Assembly (NCBI GenBank): GCA_016215345.1
Contig: JACRKD010000012.1
Span: 1 to 36,227 of the forward strand
Length of the DNA: 36,227 nucleotides
Source: Candidatus Vogelbacteria bacterium
GTDB taxonomy: Bacteria > Patescibacteriota > Minisyncoccia > Phycocordibacterales > UBA12445
Direction of reading: 5' to 3'
Numbering within the stretch: the first letter of the stretch is position 1; each line of letters begins with the position of its first letter. Positions 19,239 to 27,507 of the stretch are shown here, one piece after another. Both the position numbers and the translations under genes were made by a program. The notes under the pieces were generated by a model, which did not search any database, was not told the DNA's origin, and worked only from the letters and a program-made list of their open reading frames with translations.

Positions 19239-19382
19239 TTAATGACAACATGAGTGATCTTTTTGATGCTCGTCATTTTTGAGCGAACTCTTTTTCTCTT
19301 CACATGACCCGTGTCCGCGCCTCACCATCCACAAATGACTTAGAACACAGAGCCCAAGCAATATCCACAATATATAATCCAT
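19239..19382 (-). CDS. 47-aa Cys/His-rich membrane microprotein (DUF2933-like), not in the ORF track
   Basis: Translated by hand: MDYILWILLGLCVLSHLWMVRRGHGSCEEKKSSLKNDEHQKDHSCCH*. It fills the gap between two co-directional operon genes. Confidence 0.75.
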   Translation of the reverse strand: MDYILWILLGLCVLSHLWMVRRGHGSCEEKKSSLKNDEHQKDHSCCH

Positions 19383-19400
19383 AATATTATTTTAAGACTA

Positions 19401-20315
19401 TTAAACACTGCAACCACCGCCACTCGCGCCACCACTATCTGGTTTGGTCACTGCCGATTTTATTTTGGCAAATCCTCCTCCGCTGGAATAATCGAACCCC
19501 AAGACCTCCCTAGGAGAAACATCCGCCCAGTCAATTCCTCGACCTTGCATATATGTCGCGATAGTTAAGTAGGTGTCCGGAAACCAATAGGAATTAACGG
19601 CAAGCGCGGCCTTATACATTTCATCCTCGCTCACACCTTGCGAGGCCATTAACTCAAGAAGTCCTAGCATAGCCATCCCATGATTACAATCCGGAAAGTG
19701 AGTGGAATTACCGCAACAAGGCCGATAAATATTTCTCGACACCCTCCCTACAAGAGCCTGCTGGTCAGAAGTTAAATCAAAAAACTTATGTTTGCTGTAA
19801 TGGTCCATCGGACTCCCTTTCGAAACAGTCCAACCGCCGGTTGAAGCAAAGTTACTGGCATCGCCGGATGACATCATCTCCCCAGAATCCAAAACAGGAT
19901 TCTTACTAGAAAGACCAAGCGCCCAGAGCAAGTTGAGGAGGTACGGCGCGTTGTCTTTCGTAATTTTAGCGCGGTCAGGATTATCACCAAACAACAACTT
20001 CTTTTCTTCTTCTCCAAGACCACCGCGACCGGCATAAATCTCTTCTAATTTACTGGCATCAATAACCCCCTCTTTAACGAGCCGCGCGCCAAGATCTCCC
20101 CATATAATCGGTAAGACTACGCCAGACGACGGTAAAACATCTCCTTCGGAGACCACAGCCTGTCCAAGAGAAGCGCTAGCTCTATTCCCGCCAGGGGACG
20201 ACACCTCCGCACCGCCCCGCGTGCCGGATAACGCCATAACAAATATTATTATAGTGGCGACAGTTATCGCGATGGAAGACGTAAGACTATCTTTATTTAT
20301 TTCTTCATTTGGCAT
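19401..20315 (-). CDS. Uncharacterised membrane-anchored protein with a PCC-x8-C-NH motif
   Basis: N-terminal TM helix; IYRPCCGNSTHFPDCNHGMA; C-terminal GGGCSV. Confidence 0.8.
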   Translation of the reverse strand: MPNEEINKDSLTSSIAITVATIIIFVMALSGTRGGAEVSSPGGNRASASLGQAVVSEGDVLPSSGVVLPIIWGDLGARLVKEGVIDASKLEEIYAGRGGLGEEEKKLLFGDNPDRAKITKDNAPYLLNLLWALGLSSKNPVLDSGEMMSSGDASNFASTGGWTVSKGSPMDHYSKHKFFDLTSDQQALVGRVSRNIYRPCCGNSTHFPDCNHGMAMLGLLELMASQGVSEDEMYKAALAVNSYWFPDTYLTIATYMQGRGIDWADVSPREVLGFDYSSGGGFAKIKSAVTKPDSGGASGGGCSV

Positions 20316-20327
20316 GTTTATTTTTTA

Positions 20328-20807
20328 TTAACAACAACCTTTTTTCATCTCTTCGACCAATTTTTCTACTTTTTCTCCGGATCCGTGGAGAAGACTGCGA
20401 GACTGCAACCGATTACTTTTTGTCATATCAATAAATAGGTAAAGTATAACGGCCAAAACAACCAACGCGAACAAAGCGCTAGGCCAATCAAACGATACCA
20501 ACTCATAGGAGAGACCAAACCCCGTCGTCATAAAGAGAGTTTTCCACACAAGTTGTGATCTCCCGCTACGGAGGTTACCCTCCAATTTATACGCGATTCC
20601 CACAATTGAACCACCCATCAAGATCGCGGTCGGCAACTGGAATTCCGTAACGGGAAGCCAGAAGAAAGACATACCTATAAACATTACGATCCATGTGAGA
20701 GATACCCCGACGCACACTGGGCAGATGTTCCATGAAGAAAGTCGGCTAACGGCTCTGGCCGAGAAAGTTACAATCAGGATTGATGATAATACAAGAATTA
20801 TCGTCAT
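20328..20807 (-). CDS. Uncharacterised multipass membrane protein with CxxC and a terminal CC
   Basis: ICPVC at the start of a TM helix; ends in KKGCC. Confidence 0.78.
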   Translation of the reverse strand: MTIILVLSSILIVTFSARAVSRLSSWNICPVCVGVSLTWIVMFIGMSFFWLPVTEFQLPTAILMGGSIVGIAYKLEGNLRSGRSQLVWKTLFMTTGFGLSYELVSFDWPSALFALVVLAVILYLFIDMTKSNRLQSRSLLHGSGEKVEKLVEEMKKGCC

Positions 20808-20813
20808 GTTAAT

Positions 20814-21593
20814 TTAGATAAAGAAAATTAAAAATCCAATAATTATCATAATAACACCGGCCCATAATTTTACCTTGCCTATATTTTGAACTTTCCATTC
20901 TTGAATTTTACCCAGGACACTTTTATCCGCGGCGACAAAAAGAACTGCAACAAGCGGAACAATAAGGATCAGATTGTAAAGCAGTAAATAAAGAACGCCA
21001 GAGAAATATGTAACCTGATCGCGGAGAAGTCCTATAACCATGAGATACGGTCCGCCCATGCAAGGGAACTGACAAATGCCAACCAAGAGACCCAAACCAA
21101 ACGCGGCGAATATGGAAGTTCTCTCCATGAGTCGTGCCATCGCGCCGTGAACGCCACTTGGCAGTTTCAACTTGATCGGAAATCTTGGGAAAAATTCATT
21201 TATGATGTTTATAATCCCGAAGACGATAAGCAGTGTGGCACCGAGTTTCCCCATAAAATGCGGGGTGTTAAAGATATGCAAGACCCTGAGAATTCCTAGT
21301 CCGATAAAGAAGTAGGCCGCGAAGATACCAGCAATATACATTCCGCCGATCTGGAGGATTCGCCTTCTCGTCATCTCCACTCCGAAGAGAAAAGCAATTG
21401 TCAGAAGGAGAATAGAAAATGAACACGGATGAACACTATCAAGAAGCGCCGACACGAGGATCAAAGGCAGTAACCACGCCCCTTGATTACTTACCGACCA
21501 AAGGAAAGTTGAGGTTGAAGAACTATTTTTCAGAAAGACAATAGCCACAATCGACACGATAATCACAGCCAAAATTATATTTATTCTTTTCAT
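20814..21593 (-). CDS. CcdA/DsbD-like transmembrane thiol electron carrier
   Basis: DSVHPCSF and CQFPCMGGPY motifs, six to seven TM helices. Confidence 0.82.
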   Translation of the reverse strand: MKRINIILAVIIVSIVAIVFLKNSSSTSTFLWSVSNQGAWLLPLILVSALLDSVHPCSFSILLLTIAFLFGVEMTRRRILQIGGMYIAGIFAAYFFIGLGILRVLHIFNTPHFMGKLGATLLIVFGIINIINEFFPRFPIKLKLPSGVHGAMARLMERTSIFAAFGLGLLVGICQFPCMGGPYLMVIGLLRDQVTYFSGVLYLLLYNLILIVPLVAVLFVAADKSVLGKIQEWKVQNIGKVKLWAGVIMIIIGFLIFFI

Positions 21594-21598
21594 GGCTT

Positions 21599-22093
21599 TT
21601 ACGGAGTAACCATGGCCTTTATCTCAACTTGGAGCGCGCTGCCATTTTTCTCTGTAACATAGACGAAACGGTCTATAGCACCAACGCCGGCCGGGCCGTG
21701 AGCATTCGGATCGTAAACCACTTCCACCTCCATGGACTCTCCCGACTTAATTGTCTCGTCTGCCGGTGGGACAGCGCCCATTCCGGGCATCCCAAACGGA
21801 CCCTTCTTCGATTCACCCTTAACTATATAAGCCGCTGTACACATGCACGACGTCGTCACACTCGCGATTTTAATTTCATTTTGCGTCGGGTTGTTGATTT
21901 TGAAGACGTGACTCACCTTGCCGTTCGCCATTGAGATTGTGCCGAAATCGTAAAGTTGTTCAGGGGCAGTTATGAGACTCGCCGTATTTTTGTCTTGCGT
22001 CCCAGGTGACGGCTGACTATCAGACTTGAAGGCCAGGACAAAGAACAGGCCCAGAAAAATTATAGAGAATAAAACTATTGCTTTTTTATCCAT
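21599..22093 (-). CDS. DUF1573-like Ig-fold exported protein
   Basis: YDFGTI, F.I.N, TTSCMCT, GPFGMPGM, YDPNAHGP. Confidence 0.82.
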   Translation of the reverse strand: MDKKAIVLFSIIFLGLFFVLAFKSDSQPSPGTQDKNTASLITAPEQLYDFGTISMANGKVSHVFKINNPTQNEIKIASVTTSCMCTAAYIVKGESKKGPFGMPGMGAVPPADETIKSGESMEVEVVYDPNAHGPAGVGAIDRFVYVTEKNGSALQVEIKAMVTP

Positions 22094-22125
22094 AGAATTA
22101 AACTAAACTGATAAAAACCTTCCAG

Positions 22126-22524
22126 TTAGTTTAAAGATGGGCTATTTTCCAGAAGAGATAACCAATAAAAATCTTTTTGTCGTTTGTTGGAATACGCCAA
22201 GTTAGATCTCGGACCAAAATATATCTGTTGTAATTTCAGCTTTTGTCTCTGATAAAAAATGAGCCCGGTTCCCAGCAGTAAGAACAAGCCTATAATGGAC
22301 AAGGTAAAACCGTATAGAGAGACAATCGTAACATTGGAGAATATGTTGTACGCCCTTATGTGCTGAAGCGCGAAATCGACAGCAGTGGAAACACAAGCAA
22401 CTCCGCTCACTGTAGACGCTATACATCCACCGCCAGAGTGATCCATAGACTCGACCATAGATACAAAACCCAGTATAGTGGTAAAAATAAGAGTTATAAA
22501 TAAAATTGAAGCCAGATATTTCAT
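22126..22524 (-). CDS. Hypothetical membrane protein with a M-D-H...C...C...H loop
   Basis: Two TM helices flanking MDHSGGGC-x9-C-x10-H; begins 4 nt after the csoR stop. Confidence 0.7.
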   Translation of the reverse strand: MKYLASILFITLIFTTILGFVSMVESMDHSGGGCIASTVSGVACVSTAVDFALQHIRAYNIFSNVTIVSLYGFTLSIIGLFLLLGTGLIFYQRQKLKLQQIYFGPRSNLAYSNKRQKDFYWLSLLENSPSLN

Positions 22525-22528
22525 CCTT

Positions 22529-22792
22529 TTATCTGCGCTTTAGTCGATAAACTCTAAGTATCTCACCTATCGCTTTTTTCTCACCTCCCGCCTTCATCTG
22601 TCGCAAGGCACAAGTGCTAAGATGACCCTCCACAAGAGAGTCTTCTACGCCGGAAAGCGCTTGTTTAACAGCCGAAGTTTGGGTAATAACATCTATGCAG
22701 TATTTATCATTTTCCACCATATCTTCCAGCCCCCGGATTTGCCCTTCTATGATCTTCAGCCTCCTCAAAATTTTATTCTTCTCCGGATTCAT
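22529..22792 (-). CDS. csoR: CsoR/RcnR family metal-sensing repressor
   Basis: RRLKIIEGQIRGLEDM, YC.DV..Q, HL.TC (Cys-His-Cys Cu(I) fingerprint); heads the copper cluster. Confidence 0.92.
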   Translation of the reverse strand: MNPEKNKILRRLKIIEGQIRGLEDMVENDKYCIDVITQTSAVKQALSGVEDSLVEGHLSTCALRQMKAGGEKKAIGEILRVYRLKRR

Positions 22793-22799
22793 TACCTCC

Positions 22800-22829
22800 A
22801 TTATATACCCCCAGAGGGTACAAAGTCAA
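22800..22829 (-). promoter_or_regulatory. sigma70 promoter with a CsoR operator in the spacer
   Basis: TTGACT-18 bp-TATAAT. The spacer contains the pseudo-palindrome TACCCTCTGGGGGTA (22820-22806), typical of C-tract/G-tract CsoR boxes. Confidence 0.85.
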
Positions 22830-22842
22830 GTTGTCGCATGAT

Positions 22843-23094
22843 TTATAAATTATTGTATGTATTATCGTTTCTATTATCCACCGAATAAATCTTAATTCCG
22901 ACTGGGGAACTTGACAGGAGTTCGAAGACGACCCTTATCCTCCCGCTTCTTACGCGATACAGATTGCTAAATCCCTTAAGCTTTTTTATGTTTAACATTT
23001 TCCACTCCCCAGAGTATATCTCATCTATCACTCGTTCCATGCAATCCAGTTCCTGCGGGCGGAGTTTGCGAAGAAATTTATCTATTTTATCCAT
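22843..23094 (-). CDS. RelE/ParE family type II toxin
   Basis: MDKIDKFLRKL...IKKLKG..NLYRVRSG.IRVVF...R...TY; overlaps the antitoxin stop. Confidence 0.82.
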   Translation of the reverse strand: MDKIDKFLRKLRPQELDCMERVIDEIYSGEWKMLNIKKLKGFSNLYRVRSGRIRVVFELLSSSPVGIKIYSVDNRNDNTYNNL

Positions 23095-23326
23095 TGCGCA
23101 TAGCTCGGAGTCTCTTAAGAACATCCCAACCGTCGATTCCTCTTTTATCAATCTTGGTAAAATCTACAACAGTCTCCCAGCCAGTCCCATCATCGTCCGG
23201 ACTCGAAATTAAAAAAACTGGCTTGGATTTACGGACCACCACATATGACTTCCCCTTCCCCACTTGAGCAATATAATCATTCATATTTAACCTTAGTTCC
23301 TTTAACCCTATGATATTTGTTTTCAT
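23087..23326 (-). CDS. Phd/YefM-like antitoxin
   Basis: IIGLKELR.NM..YI.QV.KG.SYVVVR.SKPVF; upstream of the toxin. Confidence 0.82.
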   Translation of the reverse strand: MKTNIIGLKELRLNMNDYIAQVGKGKSYVVVRKSKPVFLISSPDDDGTGWETVVDFTKIDKRGIDGWDVLKRLRAMRNG

Positions 23327-23333
23327 GCCCATA

Positions 23334-23362
23334 AGTTTACCTTAAGATTACCCGACGCGCAA
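23334..23362 (-). promoter_or_regulatory. TA operon promoter with a direct-repeat operator candidate
   Basis: TTGCGC-17 bp-TAAACT; tandem GGTAATCTTA/GGTAAACTTA overlaps the spacer and -10. Confidence 0.55.
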
Positions 23363-23407
23363 GCGCGTTAATTTATATTCTATTGTGTATCGTGGCAAAA
23401 GAAAAGC

Positions 23408-24100
23408 CTACCTTAGGGGTAGGCATGGGACTATCGCACGGGGTTCAAGATGGTGGACAATAGGAACCAAGGGGAGATGAGGAAAAGCAACCATTCTGCA
23501 ACTGCGGCCAAACACTTCCCATGGTAACGCCAGCCGACTTCTTGAGAAAGAGCTAGACTCTAAAGGACGAAAGCGCTCCGGAACCGAAGTAGAGACCCGC
23601 GAAAGCGTTAAGCCCAATCCCGGCCAGATTGTAGAACCCCGTAGATACGCCAACCAAGAGAGACGTCGCGGCGAGCCCCCAAGATAGACCGCCTGTATTC
23701 GCCTTCCAGAATCAGAATGGCCGTAACGAGAGGACAAATGACCGCGAAGGCCGTAACCAAATGTTCGAGCGACAGATACATGGCTCCTCTGATTGAAATT
23801 ATCCGTGGCTGTTTTAACGTTCTTAGCGACAATATAGCACTTAAATCGCACCTTATTGCGCAAAGCCACTCTAGCCATCAAATTTGACCAGGCAACGTAG
23901 TTCCCCTTGCCGGTATCCTCAAGAGTCTTCAGATCAGGTTGGCCGCGTTTGTAGCTCTCTCCGCCGGACAATCGTGAGATCTTAAGCGACCTGACTCGAA
24001 ACTCCCTAACCCAAAGGGGTGTATAAGCAAACACGCTAACGGCGGAAAAAACCGCCGCCATCAAAAGAGTTATAATCTTCTTCGCAACCACCGTGCTCAC
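23408..24100 (-). CDS. Orphan ORF region; the N-terminal ~100 aa with a signal peptide is plausible, the true gene structure is uncertain
   Basis: Signal-peptide-like N-terminus. The C-terminal half is Arg/Ser-rich like an off-frame translation and overlaps an SD-led ORF starting at 23781. Confidence 0.35.
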   Translation of the reverse strand: MSTVVAKKIITLLMAAVFSAVSVFAYTPLWVREFRVRSLKISRLSGGESYKRGQPDLKTLEDTGKGNYVAWSNLMARVALRNKVRFKCYIVAKNVKTATDNFNQRSHVSVARTFGYGLRGHLSSRYGHSDSGRRIQAVYLGGSPRRLSWLAYLRGSTIWPGLGLTLSRVSTSVPERFRPLESSSFSRSRLALPWEVFGRSCRMVAFPHLPLVPIVHHLEPRAIVPCLPLR

Positions 24101-24241
24101 CCCTTTCTCGAGGTTTGTAGAAATTAAAAGGTATCAATCACAGCCAGTGTAAAAGACCGCCTGTCTAGCTGAATCCTAACAACAAAGGAACATTTGAGCG
24201 GAAAAAGGACCTCGCCGCGACAAGATCTTTTTTTAAATTAA

Positions 24242-24610
24242 CTATTTATTCTCTGTGGAGTCTTTTAGAAAATAATACAGGGCAAGTGGAGCCGCCCAAT
24301 TCGCAAACCTTTCTATGAAATCTAACCAACCGATACCGACTAATGGGCGAACGAGTGCGGTCCAGAATCCCCAGAAAGCTGCCCAAAGAAGGACTGGCCG
24401 AAGAGGTTTTATCAAGACGATAAGAGCCACCAAGATATCAGATAAGCCAACCAGTAGTAGATTAGCGGCTAGACCAGCGTCAGCGCCGGTCAATTCACTG
24501 ATCCATCTTATCCAATCTGCCTTTCCATACACCGCGAGCATACCATGCCCGAGAAACTCCCCCGCGACCCCAACTCTTAAAATCCATTCAATTTTTTTAC
24601 TATTTGTCAT
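24242..24610 (-). CDS. DoxX-like small membrane protein
   Basis: WILR.GVA.EFLGHG, four TM helices, ER.ANW.APLAL. Confidence 0.7.
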   Translation of the reverse strand: MTNSKKIEWILRVGVAGEFLGHGMLAVYGKADWIRWISELTGADAGLAANLLLVGLSDILVALIVLIKPLRPVLLWAAFWGFWTALVRPLVGIGWLDFIERFANWAAPLALYYFLKDSTENK

Positions 24611-24694
24611 AGTTATAAAAAATTAACTAATAATTAGTTTGGCGTACGGCCAAGAAACACGCTTGGTTTCCATGTATTTATTATAACGCAAAAA

Positions 24695-24949
24695 CTAATA
24701 AAGATCATCATGGGTTCCGATTCTTAACAATACGCAGAAGTCGGGATATATAGTGTATATAGCCCGATAATCACCTGTTACATTTATACTGCGACAATTT
24801 TTATATTAACCATTAAGCGAATGATTATTTAATATAGAGTTTAAATAATCAATTATAAACATCTCTTGTCTTTCATAAAACTTCTGTTTAATTTTTGCTG
24901 TTAACTTTTTAAAGTCATTTAGAAAACTACGGTAGTAACTAATCTTCAT
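24695..24949 (-). pseudogene. RelE/YafQ-like mRNA interferase toxin with an internal nonsense codon, not in the ORF track
   Basis: MKISYYRSFLNDFKKL...LNNHSLNG*YKNCRSINVTGDYRAIY...RIGTHDDLY*; in-frame TAA at 24808-24806. Confidence 0.85.
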
Positions 24950-24954
24950 AAAAG

Positions 24955-25212
24955 TTAGAGAGATTTCAGATAAGCAGTGGCGTCTTTTATCGTACCAAAA
25001 GAACTAGAAAGATTCTTGCCCTCTTTTATATCTCTAAGGGCTTGGTCTATTATTTTTCGTGTTTTAGAATTTGGCGTAGGATGGTCTGCAAAGACAACCC
25101 GTCTTTCGTTAACAAGCTCACGCAAGTAATGATTAATGATGGTCCCTAGCGGTAATCCCAAATCGCTCGCCACCTCTTGGGTCGCTTTTTTGAGCTCACT
25201 ATCTGCTTTGTC
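24955..25212 (-). pseudogene. RelB/DinJ-like antitoxin lacking its native N-terminus
   Basis: K.D.ELKK..QEVA.DLGLPL.TIIN.YLR..V.ERRV.F is intact. Upstream residues in the ORF track (MGYGRKRC...) are unrelated and there is no start at the expected position. Confidence 0.7.
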
Positions 25213-25326
25213 TGCCCTTGGGGCGAGCTTTGTACCCCGGATAGACCTTTGACACCTCTTGCGACCATAACCCACTGGATTGACGAATTTTGCGAACCTA
25301 GAACGATTTGCTTAACTTCGGAAAAG

Positions 25327-27480
25327 TTAAGCAAATTTTATTAAAGCTTTAAGTTTTTTATAATACCGTTCGCGTTGCTTGAACTGTTTCTCCAAAAATG
25401 GAACCTGTGTATCTCGATAATCAACGATTGTTTTTTGCTCACCAATATCTCGAAGTCGTCCCGTGTATTGGACGAGCTTGCCTTCAAACGAAAAAGGGAA
25501 TGCTAATATGAGGCAAGAAATTCCTCGAATATCTATACCTTCGCCCAAAAATTGACCAGTGGAGAGAATAACTCCATAATGCCCGGATTCAATCTGCTTA
25601 AGTTTTGATTTCCTTGATCTGGCCGAATCATCACCAGAAATTACGATTGTTTCGCATTTACCCTTAAGATACATAGCTAGAATTTCAAGATGCTCTTTTC
25701 TCTCGCTTAACACGAGCAGTCTTTTGCCAGCACTAATCTTGTTTAAAATATCCTCAACGATCATCTGATTTCTGGTAGTATCAAAACATACAATCTTGGC
25801 CAAAAGCTGAAAATGGTCGGTAGTAAATTTAAATGGGACGACTAAAGTTGTCGTGCGGATTAAAACTTCTGGTGGTTGATGCGGAAGAATAGAAACAGGT
25901 TCAATGTCCGAAGCTTCCATACGAGCAATAATATCTCCGATATATACATAGATTAGTTTTTCGTCATTATGCTTTCGTTTGGGAGTGGCCGTTAGCCCAT
26001 AGATATATTTTGGGTTCAGTTGTGCAATAACTTCACGAAAAGTAGCAGCTGGGATGTGATGACATTCGTCGACAATAATCGTGCCGAATTTATCCTTTAA
26101 CTCCGAAAGGTCACCTTTGTGAGCCAAGCTTTGTAATAAACCAACAGTGATTTGTTTACCTAATTTTTTCTTTGTCCCGGAATACTGGCCGATATGTGCT
26201 TTCGCAATACCTAAAAATGTTTGAAGCCTTTCAATCCACTGATCCAGCAATTGTTTGCGATGGACAAGAATAAGAGTTGATAATTGTCTGCGAGACACAA
26301 GCTCTAATCCGATTATTGTTTTACCACTTCCGGATGGTGCAACAATAACGCCTTGATCACATCCCATTGCTATTTGAACAATTGGAACTTGCGCTGGTGT
26401 CAGCTTTATCTCACTTTGATAGGAAGTTTGTTCAAAATTAGGAATGTCGAATCGTGTTGTATAGGCGATCTTATTTTCTTTAAGAAATTTAATCAGAATT
26501 TGCAAAAATCCTCGAGGTAAAGAAATAAAATCCGCGGTTTCGTCAATTAGTTTAAAATACTTCTGAACCTTATAAATTGATTTCCCTAATCTTCGTTTGG
26601 TGAGATATTCGGTATTAAGAAAATTGAGTTCTTCTTTAAGAAAATTAATGAGTCCAGGGGAAAGCTCAGACCGTTTCAAATCAATCTGATTGCTTACCAA
26701 AATTCCCAATCCACCACTAATTGGCATATTTACCATCGCTTTTCCTGCATCTACAAATAACGACTGGCGTATTGAATCTAACTCAGTAATAGTATGCCGT
26801 TTTACAGTGGCTAGAAATTGCCATTGATCAGGAAATGGTTTACTAGTTTCTAAATCGATAAACATTGCATTGCCAGTTGTTACTGATCCACCTTGAAGTG
26901 GTAAGGCAATAAGGTTGCCAAAGCCGGCTCCAGTCAATGTGTCTTGGTTAGGAAATAGTCGATCAAAACTGACTTCTTTTTCAAATTCAGATACATGAAA
27001 AGCTCTGCGTATGAGTTCAAGCGCGATTTGTCGGCTTTTATAACAAGGATAGTTTTCAGAAAAGAAAATCCAAACATGGCCACCGTTACCAGAACGAGAA
27101 CGTTCGAGATACGCAGAAAGTTTAACTTCTTCACAAACCTGCAAAAACGATTTACTATCCCTCAACCAATTCTCACCGTCAAAATCAGCTGCAATAAAAT
27201 ATGAAGTATTGTCAGATAGAATTGGACATATACCAACAACGTGCTGACCAATAAGATGTTTTTTAACAACTTCTTTGGTTAGAGGTAGGAGTTTCTTATT
27301 TTCAAAATCTTTCATTGACCCACCACGTCGCTTATGCGCCATGAATTCATCCCAATTAAAATCATAGGCTGGGCTGTATCCAGATCGTCCTTCCTTTTCC
27401 CAGCGACGTGCGTAAACATCTGTTCTTTCTCGGAACAGCGACATAAATAACTCAAGCTGTTGTTCACTGATAGAAATCAT
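25327..27480 (-). CDS. AEP/primase-like (TOTE-type) domain fused to an SF2 DEAD/DEAH (ResIII-like) helicase
   Basis: N-terminal LF..R.DVYA.RW, ADFD, ERSRSGNGGHVWIFF, DRLFPNQD, GNLIALPLQ; C-terminal APSGSGKT, DECH, LTATP, EGID, QYTGR. Confidence 0.88.
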   Translation of the reverse strand: MISISEQQLELFMSLFRERTDVYARRWEKEGRSGYSPAYDFNWDEFMAHKRRGGSMKDFENKKLLPLTKEVVKKHLIGQHVVGICPILSDNTSYFIAADFDGENWLRDSKSFLQVCEEVKLSAYLERSRSGNGGHVWIFFSENYPCYKSRQIALELIRRAFHVSEFEKEVSFDRLFPNQDTLTGAGFGNLIALPLQGGSVTTGNAMFIDLETSKPFPDQWQFLATVKRHTITELDSIRQSLFVDAGKAMVNMPISGGLGILVSNQIDLKRSELSPGLINFLKEELNFLNTEYLTKRRLGKSIYKVQKYFKLIDETADFISLPRGFLQILIKFLKENKIAYTTRFDIPNFEQTSYQSEIKLTPAQVPIVQIAMGCDQGVIVAPSGSGKTIIGLELVSRRQLSTLILVHRKQLLDQWIERLQTFLGIAKAHIGQYSGTKKKLGKQITVGLLQSLAHKGDLSELKDKFGTIIVDECHHIPAATFREVIAQLNPKYIYGLTATPKRKHNDEKLIYVYIGDIIARMEASDIEPVSILPHQPPEVLIRTTTLVVPFKFTTDHFQLLAKIVCFDTTRNQMIVEDILNKISAGKRLLVLSERKEHLEILAMYLKGKCETIVISGDDSARSRKSKLKQIESGHYGVILSTGQFLGEGIDIRGISCLILAFPFSFEGKLVQYTGRLRDIGEQKTIVDYRDTQVPFLEKQFKQRERYYKKLKALIKFA

Positions 27481-27507
27481 ACATTTTAAGTGTGAGGCAA
27501 TCGGCTA

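Noticed and set aside
24650-24673. ETKRVSWP resembles the SecE conserved motif
   Set aside because: The ORF is only 16 aa with no full TM helix and no secE-type context
24806-24808. Alternative genetic code or stop read-through as an explanation for broken ORFs
   Set aside because: The internal stop is TAA, which terminates many normal genes here; TGA is also used as a stop, and the other breaks are frameshifts
25229-25238. 10-bp match GGGTACAAAG to the csoR operator region (22816-22825) in inverted orientation
   Set aside because: Too short to exclude chance and lacks the second operator half-site
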